Shown: positions 8,027-11,848 of the stretch, one piece after another
Layout of the letters: each line of letters begins with the position of its first letter
How positions within the stretch are numbered: position 1 is the first letter of the stretch
The notes under the pieces: generated by a model
What the model was told of the DNA's origin: nothing
Seen by the model: the letters and a program-made list of their open reading frames with translations, nothing else
Databases searched by the model: none
Made by a program: the position numbers and the translations under genes
Assembly: GCA_031431875.1 (NCBI GenBank)
Contig: JANPEF010000128.1
Span: 1 to 11,848 of the forward strand
Origin: Candidatus Eiseniibacteriota bacterium
Lineage (GTDB): Bacteria > Eisenbacteria > RBG-16-71-46 > DASYSL01
DNA length: 11,848 nucleotides
Reading direction: 5' to 3'

Positions 8027-9148
8027 ATGCGTGCATCTGCCCGGATCCTTGCCCTCCTCGTCACCGTGATCGGCTTCGCCGGATCGGGCTGCTCGTCGAA
8101 CGGTGATCCCGTTGCGCCGGGGCCGACCGGCCCGGGCCCGCGCACCTATCGCATGGGTTTCTCGGGCATCCCGCCGCGCGCGGACTTCGGCCAGGCAATC
8201 GCCGCGATCCAGATGTGGACCGCGCGTTCCGACGGCGCGATCTTCGCGATCACGCCGCCGTGGGATTCGCTGCTCGCCGGTGTGCCCGCCGACACCTTGT
8301 TGATGCGCGACCAGAGGCCGCTCGCCGACTACTACCACGCGCTTGGCCTGGAGTTGGTCGTCACGCTCGACGCAACCGACGGCCTCAATCGCGCGGCCGA
8401 CGCGCCGGAGCTCGTCGCCGCCGGGCGCTCGCTGACGGAGCCCGCGGTGCAGGCGCTGTACCGCGCGTACGCGGTCGCGGTCGACACCTTGCTTCGGCCC
8501 GCGCACCTGGGCCTCGCGATGGAGACGAATCTCATTCGCGCAGCCGCACCGCCGACGTTGTACGCCGCGGTCGTCGCGGTGGCGAACGGCGCGGCCGCCG
8601 ACGTGCGCGCACGCGATGCGCTGGTGCGCCTCTCGGTGAGCGTGCAGGTGGAGACGGCCTGGGGGCGGCTCGGCATCTCGCCGACGCCCGGCCCGCCGCG
8701 TTACGGCACGGTGGCGCAGGACATCGCGGACTTCCCGTTCGCGCAGGAGTTCGGGCTGTCGTCGTATCCGTTCCTCGGCAGCTTCGAGGAGCCCGAGGAT
8801 GTGCCGCTCGATTGGTACAAGCGCGTGCGCGACGAGGTCGCGCGGCCGTTGCTGCTGGTCGAGGGCGGCTGGACGTCGGCCTCGGTGAACGCCGGCAGCA
8901 TCTCGATCACGAGCGACGAGGCGAAGCAGGCGCGCTGGTGGCGGCGGCAGATCGCCATCGCCGATCACGCGCCGCTCTCCGGGCTCTACCAGCTCACGTT
9001 CACCGACCTGGATCTTGCGAGCTTTCCGCCGCAGCCGCCGGGATCGATCCTGCCGCTGTTCGCGCGGCTGGGCCTGGTTGACGCGGACCTCGCGGCCAAG
9101 CCCGCGCTCGCGGTGTACGATAGCGCGTTCGCGCGAGTCAGGAACTAG
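8027..9148 (+). CDS. Putative lipoprotein with clan GH-A-like (TIM-barrel) glycoside hydrolase domain
   Basis: Signal peptide ending GSG-C22 and a Pro/Gly linker; motifs LGLAMETN (acid/base Glu position), FGLSSYPF, PLLLVEGGWTS (nucleophile Glu position), EAKQARW and LGLVDADLAAKPAL, in the order seen in GH-A barrels. Family not assignable by eye. Confidence 0.72.
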   Translation: MRASARILALLVTVIGFAGSGCSSNGDPVAPGPTGPGPRTYRMGFSGIPPRADFGQAIAAIQMWTARSDGAIFAITPPWDSLLAGVPADTLLMRDQRPLADYYHALGLELVVTLDATDGLNRAADAPELVAAGRSLTEPAVQALYRAYAVAVDTLLRPAHLGLAMETNLIRAAAPPTLYAAVVAVANGAAADVRARDALVRLSVSVQVETAWGRLGISPTPGPPRYGTVAQDIADFPFAQEFGLSSYPFLGSFEEPEDVPLDWYKRVRDEVARPLLLVEGGWTSASVNAGSISITSDEAKQARWWRRQIAIADHAPLSGLYQLTFTDLDLASFPPQPPGSILPLFARLGLVDADLAAKPALAVYDSAFARVRN

Positions 9149-9447
9149 TCCCCGACGTCCTCACCCGGCTCTGGAGCGGCCGCCCCCCCGACGTCATGAA
9201 CCTCCGTCGCACCCGTGTTCCGCTCGGCCTGGAGTCGTCGAATGTTCTCGTCGGCCCACGCCTCACGCGCAGCGCGTGCCTCCTCGCTGGAGCGGTATCG
9301 ATGCACGCCGCGGGGAAAGGGCTTCGCGCGCGCGAGAGCGCCGAGCCCAAGCACGAATGCCATCGCCTTGAGGATTCGTGGATCACCCGGGGGCAGCCAC
9401 AGGTCGCGCTGCGCTTCCTCGTGGGTTCGGTACTTGCGGACCGGCAT
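9145..9447 (-). CDS. Small hypothetical protein with internal duplicated motif; putative partner of the upstream nucleotidyltransferase
   Basis: 100 aa; start overlaps the NTase stop (TGATG) with GGAGGA upstream; motifs PVRKYRTHEEA and GVHRYRSSEEA. Confidence 0.8.
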   Translation of the reverse strand: MPVRKYRTHEEAQRDLWLPPGDPRILKAMAFVLGLGALARAKPFPRGVHRYRSSEEARAAREAWADENIRRLQAERNTGATEVHDVGGAAAPEPGEDVGD

Positions 9448-9917
9448 CAGGATTCCTCCAGTCCGAACTTCTGGCGCAGTGCCTCAGCGTCGACTCGATC
9501 CTGTCCTCGAAGGGTCCCGCGCTTCATCGCGATGAGCATGCGTGGAGTTGCCACGCGGACAGCGATCCCGTCGACTGCGATCGTCTCGGCCTCGATCGAA
9601 TCGTAGTCGAATGCCTCGCCGAGTCGGGCGATCAGATCGATGACGAACTCTTCGCCGGGCGGGGCATAGCGGATCGTCGGTGAGTCCCCTGCCAGATCCT
9701 GAGCCGTGATCTCCACGAGTTCCGGATCGTCCCAGAGGGTACCCAGCGCCCGCCGAATCCGCTCGACGTTTTGCTCATCCGGACGCACGAAGAAGTCGAT
9801 GTCCTGGGTAGCCCGGACGATCCCCTGGACACTCATGGCGATCGCGCCCACGAGTTTGTATTCGACGTGCTCCACGCCGAACGCGCGGAGAATCCTCAAC
9901 ACAGATTGTGCGTCCAT
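9447..9917 (-). CDS. Pol-beta superfamily nucleotidyltransferase, AbiEii/DUF6036-like (156 aa)
   Basis: YKLVGAIAMSVQG (glycine motif), RATQDIDFFV (RxTxDxD), FVIDLI (third Asp) and C-terminal IAMKRGTLRGQDRVD (K...R.xD..D). Confidence 0.85.
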   Translation of the reverse strand: MDAQSVLRILRAFGVEHVEYKLVGAIAMSVQGIVRATQDIDFFVRPDEQNVERIRRALGTLWDDPELVEITAQDLAGDSPTIRYAPPGEEFVIDLIARLGEAFDYDSIEAETIAVDGIAVRVATPRMLIAMKRGTLRGQDRVDAEALRQKFGLEES

Positions 9918-10337
9918 TCAGCCCCCCGCCTGCACGACCCGCACCTCGATCGAATCCTTCGGCGCCCCGCGCGTGAGCGCCGGCGTGCGCGTGTCGCTGA
10001 TCCACGCCAGCTTCCCGCCGACGTTGATCCGCACCGAGACGGCGTAGGTCATACGCTCGTCCACCTCCGACGCGTCGTAGGCGATCGCGTACGCCAGCGG
10101 CACCTGCTTGCCATCGGTCTTGAACGTGGTCGCGCCCAGCGGGACTGCCGCGGCATCGGCGCGCGAGACGTCGACCAGCGTGACGGTGACCTCGGCGTCG
10201 GGCGGAAGCGCGATGCGCTGGAGGTAGATGACGGTGCCGGTCAGGGTCGCGGTCGGGTTCGCGCCACCGTCGGGCGTGTGGGCGCAGCCGGCCGCAAGGG
10301 CGACGACGGTAAAGGCGAGCATTCCGTGGCGAAGCAT
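9918..10337 (-). CDS. ybaY: YbaY/YscW-like lipoprotein (139 aa)
   Basis: Lipobox LAAG-C18; LTGTVIYLQRIALPPDAEVTVTLVDVSRADA, GKQVPLAYAIAYD and YAVSVRINVGGKLAWISDT are characteristic YbaY motifs. AGGAGG lies 7 nt before the ATG at 10337. Confidence 0.9.
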   Translation of the reverse strand: MLRHGMLAFTVVALAAGCAHTPDGGANPTATLTGTVIYLQRIALPPDAEVTVTLVDVSRADAAAVPLGATTFKTDGKQVPLAYAIAYDASEVDERMTYAVSVRINVGGKLAWISDTRTPALTRGAPKDSIEVRVVQAGG

Positions 10338-10380
10338 TGGGGCGCCTCCTGAGCCGATGCGACGGGATGGGACGTTGGCG

Positions 10381-10425
10381 ACCTTACCACGCGCCATTGG
10401 GGTTCGCCCCCCGATGCGCTAGGCT
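10381..10425. promoter_or_regulatory. Possible divergent promoters for the ybaY operon and the TPR gene
   Basis: Minus strand TG-G-TAAGGT (10389-10381); plus strand TTGGGG (10397-10402), 17 nt, TAGGCT (10420-10425). Confidence 0.4.
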
Positions 10426-10470
10426 CCATGCGAGCGCCGCGCCCTTCCTCGCGCCACCGGGAGATCCGCC

Positions 10471-11163
10471 ATGAATCGCATTGCCCTGATTGCCCGACTC
10501 GGCTTCGTCCTTCCGCTGCTCGCTCTCACGACACCCGCATTCGCCGACGGAGGCGGCTCCGCACCGTCCATGCCGCCGCCCTCGCCCACGCCCTCGGTGC
10601 AGGTGCCGATGTCGCCCGAGGAGCAGGCCGCGATGGCGAAAGCGCAGGCGCAGCGCACCTACGCCGACGCCTACAAGGACGTCGAGAAGTCGCAGAAGGA
10701 ACTCGACGAGGCGGCGGCACTGCGCACCGGCCCGTCGGCCGCCGACGTGAAGAACAAGAAGAAGGCCGACGAGAAGCAGGCCTCGGCCACGAAGCGCCTC
10801 AAGAAGTGCGCGACGCGCTTCGAGGAGGTCGTCAAGGCCGATCCGACGAACGCGAACGCGTGGAACATGCTCGGCTACTCGCGGCGCATGACCGGCAGCC
10901 TCGACGACGCGTTCACCGCTTACTGGAAGTGCCTCGAGATCGACCCGCAGCACGCCGGCGCGCACGAGTACCTGGGCGAGGCCTATCTCCAGAGCGGGAA
11001 GCTGAAGCAGGCCCGCGGGGAACTGGCCTTCCTGGAGAAGCAGAAGGCGCCCGAGGCGGCGAAGCTCAAGGCGTCGATCGCAGCCTGGGAGGCCGCCAAC
11101 CCGGAGGCCGCGAAGGCCGCCTCGGAGGCGTCCGTCACGCCCCCGCCGCTCGAGAACAAGTAG
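10471..11163 (+). CDS. Secreted tetratricopeptide-repeat protein (230 aa)
   Basis: Sec signal ending PAFA-D, Pro-rich linker, charged helical region, and two TPR motifs (ANAWNMLGYSRRMTGSLDDAFTAYWKCLEIDP; AGAHEYLGEAYLQSGKLKQARGEL). GGAG precedes the ATG. Confidence 0.9.
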   Translation: MNRIALIARLGFVLPLLALTTPAFADGGGSAPSMPPPSPTPSVQVPMSPEEQAAMAKAQAQRTYADAYKDVEKSQKELDEAAALRTGPSAADVKNKKKADEKQASATKRLKKCATRFEEVVKADPTNANAWNMLGYSRRMTGSLDDAFTAYWKCLEIDPQHAGAHEYLGEAYLQSGKLKQARGELAFLEKQKAPEAAKLKASIAAWEAANPEAAKAASEASVTPPPLENK

Positions 11164-11171
11164 AGGGGAAC

Positions 11172-11262
11172 TGGCGGAGAGAGAGGGATTCGAACCCTCG
11201 AGCGGGTATGAGCCGCTACACGATTTCCAGTCGTGCTCCTTCAACCACTCGGACATCTCTCC
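11172..11262 (-). tRNA. tRNA-Ser(GGA)
   Basis: GGAGAGATGTCCGAGTGGTTGAAGGAGCACGACT-GGA-AATCGTG...GAGGGTTCGAATCCCTCTCTCTCCGCCA: 91 nt, long variable arm, G73, encoded CCA. Confidence 0.98.
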
Positions 11263-11319
11263 GCACTTCTGGACGGGCCAGCCGGCGCGAGGCGTGGGGC
11301 CCGCGGGACCCGAACCGCC

Positions 11320-11352
11320 AAAGAAAAACCGGGGCCGGCGTTCCGGCCCCGG
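11320..11352 (-). terminator. Intrinsic terminator-like hairpin between the two tRNA-Ser genes
   Basis: Perfect 10-bp stem CCGGGGCCGG/CCGGCCCCGG (11329-11352) with a 4-nt loop, followed on the minus strand by TTTTTCTTT. Confidence 0.8.
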
Positions 11353-11357
11353 CAATC

Positions 11358-11447
11358 TGGAGGAGAGGGAGGGATTCGAACCCTCGAGACCCTTGCGGGC
11401 CTGGCGGTTTTCGAGACCGCTCGATTCAACCACTCTCGCACCTCTCC
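11358..11447 (-). tRNA. tRNA-Ser(CGA)
   Basis: GGAGAGGTGCGAGAGTGGTTGAATCGAGCGGTCT-CGA-AAACCGC...GAGGGTTCGAATCCCTCCCTCTCCTCCA: 90 nt, long variable arm, encoded CCA, U at position 73. Confidence 0.98.
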
Positions 11448-11535
11448 GACGTGATGATTAGTAACGGTTTACGGGGGTTTTCGTCAACCCCCCGTCGGGC
11501 CGCTGGCTTCAGGAATGGCTACAGAATGGAAGCCA
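11448..11535. mobile_element. Possible attachment-site junction of an integrative element next to the tRNA-Ser(CGA) 5' end
   Basis: IHF-like TAGTAA-CGGT-TTA (11459-11471), inverted repeat ACGGGGGTT/AACCCCCCGT (11471-11495), tandem TGGCTTCAGGAA-TGGCTACAGAA-TGG (11504-11529). No integrase is present in the window. Confidence 0.4.
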
Positions 11536-11830
11536 TCGGGTCCTGGTGAAAGAGGACCATCGTCCCGGCTGTGAGCGGCCACGTCGCGCCAAGCCACAGC
11601 TGCTGCCGTACGGAAGGCATCGAGCTGAACTCGCATTCCCGGGAGGCTTCCTCCTTCAGGCTCGCGAGCACGATGAAGCCCGCGAGGACGTACAGCCCCG
11701 CGTAAAACGCCGCGGGCGGGCACCCGCGGGCGGCCGGGTCCTCAAATGCTCCGAGTTCTGACGCGCGTGAGCCAATTCGGCTTCCGATGTTGCTTTCTCC
11801 TGAGGAGGCCTTCCAGGGAGATCGGGTCAC
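11519..11830 (-). CDS. Possible small membrane protein or gene remnant (start uncertain)
   Basis: The 3' part (about 11519-11715) has GC-rich third positions and two hydrophobic stretches (AFYAGLYVLAGFIVLASL; LWLGATWPLTAGTMVLF). The 5' part looks less coding-like, and the frame stays open to the window edge. Confidence 0.3.
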   Translation of the reverse strand: MTRSPWKASSGESNIGSRIGSRASELGAFEDPAARGCPPAAFYAGLYVLAGFIVLASLKEEASRECEFSSMPSVRQQLWLGATWPLTAGTMVLFHQDPMASIL

Positions 11831-11848
11831 ACCCTGCCGATCTGCGGT

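Noticed and set aside
1820..8069. Long plus-strand ORFs (1820-3301, 3368-4483, 4839-8069)
   Set aside because: Antisense shadows of the two kinases and the TA genes; Arg-rich with no domain motifs.
7955..8968. 337-aa minus-strand ORF
   Set aside because: Antisense to the lipoprotein gene, which has a signal peptide and recognisable motifs.
9145..9148. CTAG shared by convergent stop codons (also CTAG at the vapC stop) as an IS target signature
   Set aside because: It arises naturally from C followed by a TAG stop; there is no transposase, terminal inverted repeat or target duplication.
11172..11447. Near-identical 3' ends of the two tRNA-Ser genes as an attL/attR pair
   Set aside because: Both are complete tRNAs with different anticodons; the similarity is ordinary isoacceptor conservation.
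10384..11549. ORFs 10384-11433 (-) and 10428-11549 (+)
   Set aside because: They cross both tRNA-Ser genes and overlap the TPR gene; spurious.

Overview
High-GC bacterial chromosomal window; the kinase-propeller genes resemble families expanded in Acidobacteria, Gemmatimonadota and Eisenbacteria-like lineages, but the taxon cannot be established from this window. Housekeeping loci on the minus strand bracket it. On the left are tRNA-Ala(CGC), the small SRP RNA (ffs) and the 5' 435 codons of dnaX, which the ORF track missed. On the right are tRNA-Ser(CGA) and tRNA-Ser(GGA). Between them lies about 9.5 kb of accessory genes: two membrane Ser/Thr kinases with TolB/PD40-like beta-propeller ectodomains, separated by a Phd/YefM-VapC toxin-antitoxin pair with a leaderless, operator-overlapped promoter; a GH-A-like lipoprotein; a coupled ybaY - nucleotidyltransferase - small repeat-protein operon; and a secreted TPR protein. 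There are two main leads. The first is the AbiEii/MenT-like nucleotidyltransferase plus a downstream protein with a duplicated V-x-[KR]-Y-R-[TS]-x-E-E-A motif, a candidate uncharacterised toxin-first TA pair. The second is an att-site-like arrangement (arm-type repeats, inverted repeat, IHF-like box) abutting the 5' end of tRNA-Ser(CGA), which suggests an element integrated in the rare 5'-restoring orientation. Both are inferences that need the checks listed.
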